Assembly (NCBI RefSeq): GCF_964204645.1 | Contig: NC_134027.1 | Span: forward strand, 27,552,560 to 27,616,559 | Direction of reading: 5' to 3' | Length of the DNA stretch: 64,000 bases | Source of the DNA: Tubulanus polymorphus | Lineage: Eukaryota > Animalia > Nemertea | Part shown: positions 1-11,874 of the stretch, one piece after another | Layout: the number at the start of each line of letters is the position of its first letter | Numbering within the stretch: position 1 is the first letter of the stretch | The notes under the pieces: generated by a model | The model's input: only the letters and a program-made list of their open reading frames with translations | Databases searched by the model: none | Told to the model about the DNA's origin: nothing | Program-made: the position numbers and the translations under genes

Positions 1-321
1 CAATGAGTTAAATCTTAGCTAACATCCATGCAACTGGATCCAGAGGGGCTGATCAGGGTATTTCTTGATTGAATTATAAGATAACCTCCGCAGTGGGGGC
101 CGTTTCTTATCAACAAGTTTCTTGTGCCAATTATCACCAGCAAGAACAGTAAGCCACCAAAGATTCAAATTCACTGATCAACTTATGAGATATCCTCAGT
201 GAGGTCCGTTTCTTATTAACAAATTTCGTGTGCTACTCGTCACCAGCAAGAACAAGACACCAAAAATTCAAATCTCATAGGGTGCAAAAGAACTTGAGAA
301 GATTTTTAAAACTCGAATTAC

Positions 322-3300
322 CTTGGCAGGACTTCTGTTGAAGCAGTATAGCATACGACTATTAGGAGTGAGGGGTGTTTTACTCTTGTGGGGTGAAACA
401 AACACGCTGTGATTACTCGACACTTTACGCGGCGACATCTTATGAGATTGAACTCTCGGTAACGGAGACAATAATGGAGATTTCTGTAAATATATCAATA
501 ATCAATCGTTAAGAGTTTGTGAAGTAAAACACACGATATAATTGTATCGACACCGGTAATACTTACCCCTTGACTGCTGGCCGAAAACTTCATAGCAAAG
601 TGTCGTAATTTACTGACAAAAACCTGAACAAAAATTAAAATTCAAACAATTATCGAGAATGAATAACATCTCCCACAGTATGTACGGTACTCTGAGTACA
701 TATACCTAAAAATAGCGTTCACAGGAAGGAGGAGATGGGAAAAGGGATTGTAGATCGGAGGGGATGTAGGTAGCAGGGGGCGTATAGCGAGAATACTTAC
801 AGAGTTATAGAATTTGATGAGATCACCCCTATCTTCGAATTCGAATGTAGTTCCCGTACCGCTGAGACGTGTCGGGGTCGGTGGTTGACTGTTTGGGTTC
901 GGCACTGGTAACGTACTCGTAGAGCGAATACTACTCAAATGTTCCGCTCTTTCTGTTCATAGAAATAAATACAACATTAATTCGTGAAGGAATTCCGATC
1001 GAGTTGTTCGTAAAATCTGTTGAATAAAACTTACTTTTTTCCTTTTCGTCTTTATCTTCAGGGAATGGAGATGATGAACCGCTAGCACTGGATGCACCAG
1101 AAACGTGACGTTTACGGCTCGTTAATAAAACACTTCGATAAACCTTTAATTTATAAATAAACATCTCAATAAATGGTAAATATACAAAAGGGTGGATAGC
1201 AGGATTCTTACAGTCACATCGAGGTATTCAAAATACTCTGATCATTCCATTTAACACATGAGCAAAAATTCCCTGATCAAATTATGAGATATCCTCAGTG
1301 AAGACTGTTTCTTATCAAGTGGTTCATTGTGACACTCATCACCAGCAAGAACAAGACACCAAAAACTCAAATTCCCTGATCAAATTATAAGATATCCTCA
1401 GTGAAGACTGTTTCTTATCAAGTGGTTCATTGTGCTACTCATCACCAGCGAGAACAAGACACCAAAAACTCAAATTCCCTGATTAGATTATAAGATATCC
1501 TCCCTGGAATTACCTGATCTATGAATTCCTTGATCTATAAGAACCCTGGTGGGGGGAGGGGGGAGGGGTTGGTTTTAAAACTTACGTGACTCTGAGCCTG
1601 TGGTTGCATGCGATAATATTTCATGATATCCTGGAATGATTTATCAGCATCCGACACCTAAAATAACAACATAGTTACAATCAGTGAACAGTGAACTCTA
1701 TCTCTTCACTCATCGATGTATTTCACACAGAGTTCAGAATCAGGGAAAGAGAACATTTCTCTAAATAGATTCAAGCACTTCAACTTTGAGTGAGATATTT
1801 ACTGAGTTGGTAAAAGCTACGTACCTTGGACATGACATAAATAGCACACATAATAATCTGATCGAGATGACGATCCATTAATAATTCAGTTTCATTAACG
1901 ATCGTCCATTCAAAACACGTCCAAATCCGTCTGCGTAAATCGGCATCGATCTCAATACGTTCGCACATATCTCGTAAACGTACGCTCGCTAATGTATAAA
2001 ACTACAAACAAATCAATCAATAATCCACTGAAATTCATAAAATGAACCCAACCAACAGTTCCGACAGGGGGCGCCACTTTTATTTGACTAGCTGTGAAAG
2101 CTACCTGAATTCAAAAATGGAAAAGCTACTTCAATTCAAATACCTTTCGGAATCTTGAAGTTTTAATAAATCCAACCTTTAAACCGGCTAAATTTATCAG
2201 ATTAGGTCTGGATGTATATAGATCCCTCCATTAGTGTGTGTAAATAGTATGTTGTAAATAACGTTTGTTATGTTTCAAAGTGTTTTTATCTACTGTTTTT
2301 GTAAATAATTGTAAATACTGTTTTCTCCTCCATGTACCATGGGAATGGTTGGAGTGTAATAAAATATTCGTATTCGTCTAGATTCTTCCTGACTATTCCC
2401 CGACATGTAGGTTGTTTTTCCCTGACTTGATCTGCTCATAATCCAATCAATTAACACAGTCAAATACGTAAAACATAGGCAGAAACTGTTTGATATATTA
2501 AAGCTATCTCAACAAATTTCCCAGACTTTTTAATGAAAAGAAAATTCCGTGGGCCCGGTTTCATAGACTGAGTATCAAAGTTATCCCTACGGGTAAATCC
2601 TCAATCTGGGTGACAACCACCATAGTAACAATGAGAAACCATGGTTATAACTAACAAATTTCAAAATGTTCCCAGGGACTATTTTTCTTCCATATCTATG
2701 AAACCCAGTCCAGATTTCCAGGTTAAGTGGCGCCACCCTGTATAATGCAATAGTTCTGATAGAGTTCAACGATAGTTTGATGATTGTATTTGAGTTAAGA
2801 GGAATCGACGGTCCTGAACCGGTCGGTGTTTTTACCTTACGGAAGAATAACGCGAGAGATCCTGTTTTTTTCGGTTTAACGACGGGAGGTTTTGGCGCGG
2901 CGACTCGACTGATTCTGATCGGACTCGACAGAGCGCCGGATGGTAACATCGTCACCGGTATAAACACCTACAAAACAACAAATAATCAAACAACGCGTAA
3001 CCAACGAATGATTCGAGTGACCGTGGAGCGGGATGAGAGGGGCGATGATTTAATACCTGTCTCCCGTCCTGTAGTTTAGCTTGATAAGTAACGACTTGTT
3101 GTTGTTGGACTGTTTTAACTATTTGTGGAGAATTTGGAGCATTGCCAGCAGATGCTCCGGCAGGTGCAGCAGCTGTTGTACCCGCTGCTGCTGCTGTACC
3201 ATTTGTAGCAGTTATTGCTGTGGTAACCGATGAATTAGGAGCAGACGTGGTCGTCGCTGCGGTTGTAAACAATCTTCTTTTAATCGACCCGGCCATCGGT

Positions 3301-6300
3301 GAACTGAATCTATCCATGGCAGATGGACCGGGAGATAATGTCACTTCTGAAATATACGCATTACATCAACATCAATTTGAAATTCAAGCAAAATGAAACC
3401 AGTTGAAACTGTGTGGAAACTGAGAGCAGTGAGGAACGTGGAAGAGAGAAACAGTGGTTTAGACACCAGATATTCCAGCTTAGAATGTAAAGAGACTAGT
3501 TAGAGAGGGAGGAGGGTGTGAGAGAGGGGAGAGGGAGTGAGGAGAGGGAGAGGAGGGAGAGAGAAGAGGGTGTGAGAGAGAGGAAAGTGAGGGAGAGGAG
3601 AGGGAAAGTGAGAGAGGGAGAGGAGAGAGGGAGGGTAGAGGGAGAGGAAAGTGGGAGAGGGAGAGAGGGGAGGGAGGGAGGGGAGAGAGAGGGGAGGGAG
3701 AGAGAGGAAAGTGAGAGAGGGAGAGAGAGGAAAGTGAGATAGGAGAAAGGAGGGAGAGGGAGTGAGGAGAGGAAAGGAGGGTGTGAGAGGAAAGTGAGAG
3801 GGAGAGGGAGTGAGGAGAGGAAAGGAGGGTGTGAGAGGAAAGTGAGAGGGAGAGGGAGTGAGGAGAGGGAGAAGGGAGAGGAGGAAGCGAGGGAGAGTAA
3901 AAATGAAGGAGGGGGTACAAACCTTTAGCTGCTAAAGGAGATTGCGTCCTATCAAACACACGTCTAACTGCTGGTAATATCGGTGATGTATTTGTTGCTG
4001 TAATGTGTGCATTATCTTTCTCTATTTGTTGCGGCCAGTGACAATCTTCACAGAACGGTACATTTTTAGCCGCGTGTATCGCATCCCATAACGGAGACTC
4101 GTAACGCCAAGCTAACGACTCTAATATCGTCTCTTCAATCTGGTATATAAATAAATCAATTAAGTCTGCATTATTTCAAATGTTATTCAGGGTTCTTACA
4201 GGTCAGGGAATTTAGGATTTCCCTGACCCTTGATTGAAATATTCCCTGATTAAATTATAAGATATTCCCAGTGGGGGCTATTTCTTCTCAAAAGGTTCCT
4301 TGCGCCACTCATCACCAGCAAGAACAACAAGACACGAAAAATTCAAATTCCCTGATTAAATTATAAGATATCCTCAGTGAGGGCTGTTTCTAATCAAGAG
4401 GTTCCTTGTGTCACTCGTCACCAGCAAGAACAACAAGACACGAAAAATTCAAATTCCCTGATTAAATTATAAGATATCCTCAGTGAGGGCTGTTTCTTAT
4501 CAAGAGGTTCCTTGTGTCACTCGTCACCAGCAAGAACATCAAGACACCAAAAATTGAATTCCCTGATTTCGATGGAAAGTCCATGATTTTCTCTGCAGAG
4601 AAACATCTGGGAATTTCTCCCTGATTCGTTGTTTCGAGTTATAACTCACGTGATTGAGATGTTTAACGACATCTCGAGATAATCCTTCCTCAGCTCGAAT
4701 CAATAATTCAATTACTTTATAGAAATCATACGTAGATAATTCAAATATATCGACGATCCACGGAAACGATCTGAAATATCGAATTTCAAAAAATATCGTT
4801 CATTTGTACATTTACTAAGGCACAGAGATTCTAGTGTGAAACGGTAATGAATTTGATACCTTTGAGAATTGTAAGAATAGATGACAACTTCCAAACAGCA
4901 AGCAAATAAACATTTGTGGAAAACCTCATTCTCAAATATCGACTACAAAAAATGCAGAAAGACAAACCGGTAAATTAAAACATTTCAATTTCAAACTGGT
5001 AAATTTAAACATATCAATTGAAAACCGGTAAATTTAAACATTTCAATTTCTAACTGGTAAATTTAAACATTTCATTGTAAGAAACCATGATAATTACCGA
5101 AAGTGCAGATTTATCTTTAGAAGCCATGATTTTTCTCTCGTGCATGATCACATTTTCGAGGATTTTATAATAAAGACTTTCACCGAGTTGTAAACGTTTC
5201 TTGGCGAAATCGATTTGAGAACCGGGATGATCATTATACGGCTGAAAAATAATAATTATAATTTATATTCAATTAATTCAATCAGTGACTTATATTGTAT
5301 CTCCACAGGTCACCACTGAATGAATGACTATTTTACCTGTGCGTATGATGTACAGAATATTTCACCCATATCTTTAACTCTTTTAACAATCACATCATTC
5401 GGACTTTCAGCACATTCTCTGTAAAGCATAAAACGGCAAATTCTTATTTCAAAACCATTTCTAAAACATTGCCTCATAATTCAGAACGCAGTGTAACACT
5501 ACTACTCACTTGAATATCAGTAATAAACAATCGCTAGGTGACGTTTTTCTACCCGACAACAATGCTTGCAGTTTACTGACACTCTGAGTTGCCGTAGAAA
5601 CAGGTGTAACGTGCTGTTCCTTACTTTTCAGATAACAACGTCCGGTTAATGGAGTTGAAGGGGTTAATGATTTCGTTTGCTGAAAAACAAAACACAAATT
5701 ATCAGACAGGGGGCGCCATGTTCTGCACATTTACAAATCCCCCGAGTTTCCCCTATTTTTTCGATGTAATCATAAACAATTCCCTTAGTGAAATTTCTAG
5801 GTTTAAAATGTTACAATTCATTTACAGTGAATCATGTACTCGATAAAGAAAATGTGTTCAACAGCATTATCCAAATTTTGAGTTTTCCAGGTTTTAAGTA
5901 AAATTTTTCAAATTCTCTTTCACCCGGAGACTGACTCAATAAAAAATGAATTGAGTTAACCCCTGAGTTCAAGTTGATACCATTTGATAGACCTGGGCCA
6001 AATTCCACAGTCCTGTGTTACAATTTGCCTGAGAGTTCACTCATTGAAAATGAACTAATTTTAACTCAGAGTTAAGTCTAACCACAACTGTGGAACTGGA
6101 TCCTGGGCCCCTGGGCTTAGACTTAAGACCAATTTAAGACCATTTTAGTACTATAAACAATCTAACAACTTAAGACCAGTCTTAGAATTTAAGACCATTC
6201 TTGGACTTAAGTCTCAACTGCTGAACTGGGCCCCTGAGTTTTCCCAATATTTCCTCATTTCCAGAGTTTTCCAGGTCAGTAGCGTTACCCTGAAAGAGAC

Positions 6301-8577
6301 GTGGCTCGAACTTACAGTGTCCATGTGATGTTGAATAGACCTGCGAATGTCGCCGGAATTCTGAGATTTAGCCGGTGTTCCTAACTCAATAGCTGCGTCG
6401 TCACCGAGGAAAATCCTCTCATCGAAATCACCGACCGTTAATACATACTCTTCATACTGTAGATTTATTGATTTACTGCAATTCAACAATTCATCATCGT
6501 ATTTTAACAATTCATCGTCGTATTTCAACAATTCATCATCGTATTTCAACAATTCAACATCGTATTTCAATAATTCATCGTCGTATTTTAAATCTATGAA
6601 ATCGAAGGTTCTTAAAATCCCGGTTACGAATCAAATTTTTACCTGTTAGCTTCGTAATTTCCGACTTCAATGACCCCGGAAAAATTCTCAGCTTTTCCGC
6701 GTAATGTCTGAAAATAAATCAAAATTGATACGAATTATTGAGGTTCGGGATAAAAACATTCTCAACTGAAAAACTAACAAACGAACCTTCTTTTCAAAAA
6801 GTTTCTTTAAGTACGGCCTGAACCAGTGTTCTTTGATACCGAGAGCCTCGACGACTAAACCATCGTGTTCCTCGCATAGAATGTGTAATATACACGGAGG
6901 TTCGGCAACCGTGTGGTCGATACCATAATTCACTAAACCTCGGAATTTTGGATTCAATAAATCTCTACGGTTACTCATCACGGCGTTAGCGAACATCCAA
7001 TCAACGCAACACAGAAGTAAATGATAGGAATTTACTAAGTCATCGCTGATAGCCGGGAAATTCCCTGTAATTATCATAAAACACAAATTATTAATTCAAT
7101 TACTGTTGGCGACGAGCCAGATATACGTCGCATTAATTGTAAATAGGTCAGTAAATATTTATTTACCTTTAACCTGGGCGAACATTGTCCAGCAGAATGT
7201 GAAAACTTCTGATACGGAACACGGCAAACGTCTGAATAACAAACTTAAACATATTAGTTTATGTTTCATTGGAAAGAGAAGAGTTGAATTAACAACTGTG
7301 GAACTGAATCCAGAACTGTGGAATTGGATCCTGGATTTCAGAACTGTGAAATTGGATCCTGGATTCCACAACTGTAGAATTGGATCCTGGATTCCCAGAG
7401 CTGTGGATCCTGGATTCCAGAACTGTGGAATTGGATCCTGGATTCCAGGGCTCGATTTTATAGACTGGTATTAACTTTAACCCAGGTGGCTAACTCAACT
7501 GAAATTGAATTGAGTTAGCCCCCGGGTTAAAGATAATACCAGTCTATAAAACTGGGCCCAGAACTGTGGAACTTAGGTCATGATTAAAGAGGGTAAGTTT
7601 GATATACCTCTGTTTTCTGCCACGGGTCGGTTTCGGAGGTTCCTCCATCGGATCTTTGAAAATATCCAAGAATATTGGACTGAATTTTTTAAAGATGACG
7701 TTAGCGACTGCGTAGACTCTCTGTAACCTATCAACTTTATCCCGAAATTCCTGCGGCAGATTCGCCATATCGGCCCATTTTTCCATCTTTGAGAAAAACT
7801 GATTCAGACTGAAATTTTAAAATTAGTTCATCGTCAATATTTTCCTACTTCACAGGGTTGGATGTTAAACTAACCGTGGAAACTGTGGAAACATTTCATA
7901 CCTTAATTTAGCTGATCTCAACAATCTAGTGAGAGATACAAAATTTCCTTCCATTAAACTTCCCTTTCCGACTGTCGGTACAAGTGACTTACGACAGGAC
8001 ACGTATAACGCACATGCTAACCAATGTATACTGTCTCCCTATAAAACATAAAAATACGTCAGTTTGAAACATCATCCATTATCAGATCAGTTGACAGTTT
8101 TATATCTTGAATCTGTTTAATAAATTGCTGCATTTAAATATAGGAAATTAAAGGCAACGTGAATAACGGATAGATATAGACTGGGAATAGAGAGAGACAG
8201 GGGGGGGGGGGGTACAACCGGTACAACTGACAAATGAGTCTTGGCCCCTGACTCTTAACCCTGCCCTGGCTTACAATTACAGCCTCTCCAACTAAAATCA
8301 AATGCGAATATTTAAATTATTAACCCAAATTTCTTTAAGGACTTTTAAAAGATTACCCTATACCGTGAGTGATAGCCCGACCACAATTAGTACGATGCAA
8401 CTAGAACACGTACGATTTTTGAACAGACTAGAAATCGATACTCACCTCCAGTGTATAATTGATGCTAATCGTTTCAAATGATTGAATCGCTTCTTGTTTC
8501 GCAGTTTGATCCATATTTAAATCCATACACAGTTCATCGTATCTGTGTTGTGTATCGTCATCATCGGACAGACCCAT
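322..8577 (-). CDS. RBL1: Retinoblastoma-like pocket protein (p107/p130 family), multi-exon; 3' end continues beyond the left edge of the window
   Basis: ATG at 8577 (MGLSDDDDTQHRYDELCMDLNMD...NYTLE, donor GTGAG at 8445). Exon peptides typical of p107/p130: FPAISDDLVNSYHLLLCC, YEEYVLTVGDFDERIFLG, TPVSTATQSVSKLQ, KKTGSLALFFRK, IWTCFE..LMDRHLDQIIMCAIY, RGDLIKFYN, LYCFNRSPAK. The cyclin-binding spacer motif AGSIKRRLF is a p107/p130 feature. It is likely the single invertebrate RBL1/RBL2 co-ortholog. Confidence 0.93.
1200..1548. mobile_element. Non-autonomous element with CAGG(G/A)TTCTTA termini and internal ~105-bp tandem units
   Basis: Starts caggattcttaca at 1200 and ends taagaaccctg at 1548. 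The internal unit ccctgat..aaattataagatatcctcagtga..caccagcaagaacaagacaccaaaaa recurs at ~65-270 and ~4240-4565; the latter is preceded by cagggttcttaca at 4188. Confidence 0.6.
2065..2740. mobile_element. MITE with CAGGG..GCGCCACTT TIRs, containing a nested element (~2551-2710)
   Basis: cagggggcgccactt at 2065 and aagtggcgccaccctg ending at 2740. A paralogous copy lies at 22396-22809. The nested gggcccggtttcatagac...ctatgaaaccc element has a relative at ~19690-19870. Confidence 0.65.
3495..3900. repeat. Polypurine (GA-rich) low-complexity tract in an RBL intron
   Basis: About 400 nt of almost pure G/A with gaggagagg and gaggaaagtgagag sub-repeats. Confidence 0.9.
4188..4566. repeat. Second copy of the ~105-bp tandem-unit element (3 units) in an RBL intron
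   Basis: Three near-identical units ccctgattaaattataagatat...aagacacgaaaaattcaaatt. Confidence 0.8.
5995..6235. mobile_element. Two adjacent palindromic MITEs (families 'ccagttccacag' and 'gacttaagacc')
   Basis: 5995-6105 matches 50164-50263 and 62344-62451; 6105-6235 matches 46050-46190 and 61885-62016. Confidence 0.7.
6483..6590. repeat. 21-bp intronic minisatellite (~5 copies)
   Basis: tatttcaacaattcatcatcg repeated just upstream (minus strand) of the RBL acceptor at ~6478. Confidence 0.85.
7292..7560. repeat. Minisatellite of MITE-end sequence (aactgtggaattggatcctggattccag) followed by a palindromic MITE (7448-7559)
   Basis: About 5-6 tandem units. The MITE ttttatagactggtatt...aataccagtctataaaac has a paralog at 56327-56442. 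Confidence 0.75.
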
Positions 8578-8659
8578 TTTGCATGTTATAAACAAAAATT
8601 TACAGAAAAAAATAAACTTTCAGTTACAGGACAATACACAGAGGGCGCTGCGATCGAAA

Positions 8660-8880
8660 CTCGCCTACCAGAGGCGGGAATATCGCGCGTCGCCTCCCCG
8701 TCCAGTCCAGCCGAGCCAAGACTGGCTCCGGGCGGGAGGCGGAGTGGTGATATTCCAGTGCAGTTATCAAATGGTGACGTGTAGAAATATTTCCAATATA
8801 ATCGATCCCCGCCTGATCAATGGGAAACTTTCCCCTTGCTTGCAAAAGTTCGACAGTCACTCCCGTCGCGCGACGGGCTC
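8660..8880 (-). promoter_or_regulatory. GC/CpG-rich RBL promoter with E2F-type sites
   Basis: GGCGGGAA (TTCCCGCC on minus) at 8673-8680, GGCGGGAG at 8731-8738 and CCCCGCC near 8807-8813, about 100-240 nt upstream of the RBL ATG. GC content is locally high in an AT-rich background. Confidence 0.55.
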
Positions 8881-9625
8881 GCGGGCTAACCGGCCGGGCC
8901 TGCGGGTTTTGCAGTCACGACGGGCCCTTCGAACAGGAAAGTTTGATTAGTCTATGGAAATTATTTTATTTTGGAACGATTTTTTTTCAATAATCTCCGA
9001 GAGAAGAATTCGAAATGAACGAAAACGAAGCCCGGCGTCTCAGATTGACGGCGCGGTGCCAAGGGGCGCAGCCGGGCCCTGGAGTCGTGGGGGGCACCTG
9101 TAATGACTACAAAATCCAATAACTGGTGCATTCGTCCCTGATGTTCGTTCACATTCAGTCGGTAATAAACCAACCAATAAAACACGTTCCCAGAGATTCC
9201 ACAGCAGACGCCACGAGACTGGGCCCCCGACGTCTTTCGGTCACCGTTTCTTTATCGTTGAAATTTTAAAACAGTGAATTTATTTTACGACTTATTTTCA
9301 AGGAAATTTCCTGAATTCGAAAGAAAAACATTTGTTTCTTAAGTCTATTCACCTGGCGTAGAGTCAAGTGAAACCACTACTAATAGTTCACTGATATAGC
9401 GTGACTGAAATATACAGAATTCTACTATGTCTCGTATATACAAATCTATTCTATTGGAGACTAGTGAATAAAAAGTATTTCAGAAAGTTTCTTGCATGAC
9501 AATTTCCTGCACAGTGTAGATGGGTGTTACCCTGTAGATAGATAATAGCAGGCTAGCGTTATTGTACCATTGAAGAGAGTTGAACGCGGTCTGAAGTATC
9601 TCTTGTTATTTCACTGGGAGCTGAT

Positions 9626-9643
9626 TGCTACTGCTGCTGCTGC

Positions 9644-9674
<31 letters not shown>

Positions 9675-9686
9675 AATGCTACTGCT

Positions 9687-9717
<31 letters not shown>

Positions 9718-9719
9718 CA
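9626..9719. repeat. (CTG/CTA)n microsatellite immediately 5' of the GPCR start codon
   Basis: About 31 imperfect triplets ending 8 nt before the ATG at 9728. Confidence 0.9.
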
Positions 9720-9727
9720 GTTTAAAT

Positions 9728-10828
9728 ATGAATTTCACGTCTCAACTCACATCCACCACCACGACTGAGTCTCATCAATGTGTTTTACCACCAGAACGAT
9801 GGGATCATTTATTTAGTTACAACATTTACCAATACGGATATTCAACAGCTTCAATTCTAGGAATGATGCTAAACTCTGTTTCTATTGTTATATTCAGAAG
9901 GATCGGTCGTTCCACTTATCAAACTATTATAATTCTTGCCTGGTTTGATTTACTGTTTCTTATTTCAGTGTTTCTACTTTATCCGTTTCGTATTATTGTC
10001 ATCGAGGTAAGCAAACCCACCGATATTCTCGGGCGTTATGATGATTGGTATTTTGGACACGAAATCATAATATGGGCGCTACCATTATTTTATACATTTC
10101 AAACTGCCAGAAATTGGACCGTTGTGATTGTAAATTTTGAAAGACTTCTGGTTGTCCCGAGTCCGCTGTATTTTAGACGATTCTGGAACAAAAAACAAAT
10201 TATTTCTTTATCGGTTTTCAACGTATTTATTTCTGCAGTTTGTTACTGGCCGCATTATTTTCCACTTTATTTACCCGGAAGGGCCACACATCCATGTGCA
10301 AGGGGTTCATTCACAATGGGAGCTTTTGGAGCCAAAACAACTCGAACTCCGTTCAATTATCACGCGGAGTATGCGTTCACCTTTTCTTTTTTGACCTACA
10401 TGTTCATGACTGTAATTGTCCCCTTCAGCGTCTTGATAGCATTAAATCTGACTTTATTTGGAGTTATGATATTAAGAAAACGAAATCAAAAGAAACAATT
10501 TCACACGGACACAGCGGCGACCAGTGAGAAAACTCAAAATACATCCGCTGAATTGAAAATATTAAAAATGGTTCTCATGATTGTATTGATGTATTTTATA
10601 TTTGAAATACCGGCATCTTTAGATCGCGTGTTACATTTCTTTGATGCGTGGTTTGGAATACGTAGTGGTTTATCTTACGATAAAGCAATGGTCTTGCGTA
10701 AAGTAGGAACTCTGCTCAGTGTTTTTGACTCATCTATAAATTTCTTTGTTTATTGCGCAACGAATAAAACATTTAGAAAAAAAGCGAAACAAGTTTTTCT
10801 GATCAATTATTTGTGTGAGTCACAGTGA
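9728..10828 (+). CDS. Intronless rhodopsin-class GPCR, FMRFamide-receptor-like / srw-type orphan
   Basis: 366-aa ORF with seven hydrophobic segments: TM1 G..LN, TM2 LAWFDL, TM3 ..RNWTVVIVNFERL (DRY-like), TM5 VPF...LN, TM6 FIFEIP, TM7 DSSINFFVYC...FR. Confidence 0.88.
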   Translation: MNFTSQLTSTTTTESHQCVLPPERWDHLFSYNIYQYGYSTASILGMMLNSVSIVIFRRIGRSTYQTIIILAWFDLLFLISVFLLYPFRIIVIEVSKPTDILGRYDDWYFGHEIIIWALPLFYTFQTARNWTVVIVNFERLLVVPSPLYFRRFWNKKQIISLSVFNVFISAVCYWPHYFPLYLPGRATHPCARGSFTMGAFGAKTTRTPFNYHAEYAFTFSFLTYMFMTVIVPFSVLIALNLTLFGVMILRKRNQKKQFHTDTAATSEKTQNTSAELKILKMVLMIVLMYFIFEIPASLDRVLHFFDAWFGIRSGLSYDKAMVLRKVGTLLSVFDSSINFFVYCATNKTFRKKAKQVFLINYLCESQ

Positions 10829-11874
10829 AAAATTTTAAAAAGAATATAATCATTTGTCGGGAAAATGGAATTTAAGAAAAAATCTGTTTATAATGGAACC
10901 ACGCGGAACTCATAAAACTATAAAAATATTATAGTCAGATCAATCATCCTCATCCGAGTTAAATGGGCTTTACGATTTAGAACTACTTGTGGACAATGTG
11001 AAACTACAATAAAACGTTATTATCGAACCCGGCATCCAGGGCACGGGTATTCCCTCAGATAGGAAATACCGCCATAAGGTTCCTGTAGAAGTCGTATATC
11101 GAACGGCTCTCAATGAAGTATAAGATGATATCACATACTATACATGGCACACACAGAGACGATGAAATTATACCCTACATTTTGGTTAACGTGAAACATA
11201 ACACCCGATGGTGGCTAACGTGAAAAAAAGAAGAAACTATGATTTACTATAACTAGTTTGACGTCTGAAAGATCGCATACGTGTAGACTCTCCACCACGA
11301 CGCGACAACGAGACGCACTTGACGCGGTATTCCGCCGGCGGGTTCCAGACAGATGCCGCTGAAAACGTGTTCTAATTGTGCGAAAAATGTTCATTGCTAA
11401 GAAGCAGTCGGGAAGCCTCCGACCAGCAGCAGAACACAAACGTTAGGAAAATACAATTTATTAGATATCACACATAGTCATAGTCCCACGCCTCTTAGAA
11501 CGTCACTGATTTTTGAGTACTGTATCCGTCTTTTTGATATTTCTTTAAACCTTTGTCTGATTTTCTTCGCGTATGAACGATACACAATACTGTTCAATAA
11601 AGGTTGCATTTATATTGATAACGATTCTCTGGCACGTGAGGTTCGGTGCCTAACAATACAATTTCTCAAGGTCGTTGCCCGAAATTTCTATAGAAAAAAT
11701 TATTTTTTCGCTCTTTTTCTAATATTTTGTAATTTGCTCCAAACCAACGCACGTGAAGTATCTAAAAATGATAGTTTTAAACGGTATTTATTTGTTTGAA
11801 TTCAATATGAATTATACCAGAGAAAAATAGTGCGACATCAGCTTGAATTTCTATGAATTAAAGTCTAAAAAAAG

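Noticed and set aside
2777-3396. Plus-strand ORFs antisense to RBL exons, and other 60-130 aa track ORFs overlapping genes or repeats
   Set aside because: They are shadow ORFs with no recognisable motifs or splice logic.
3480-3959. Ser/Pro/Leu-rich and Arg/Glu/Gly-rich ORFs
   Set aside because: They are translations of the GA low-complexity tract.
6483-6590. (KYDDELL)n peptide in front of an RBL exon
   Set aside because: The repeat lies in the intron upstream of the acceptor ttgcag (~6478) and contains no AG to act as an alternative acceptor.
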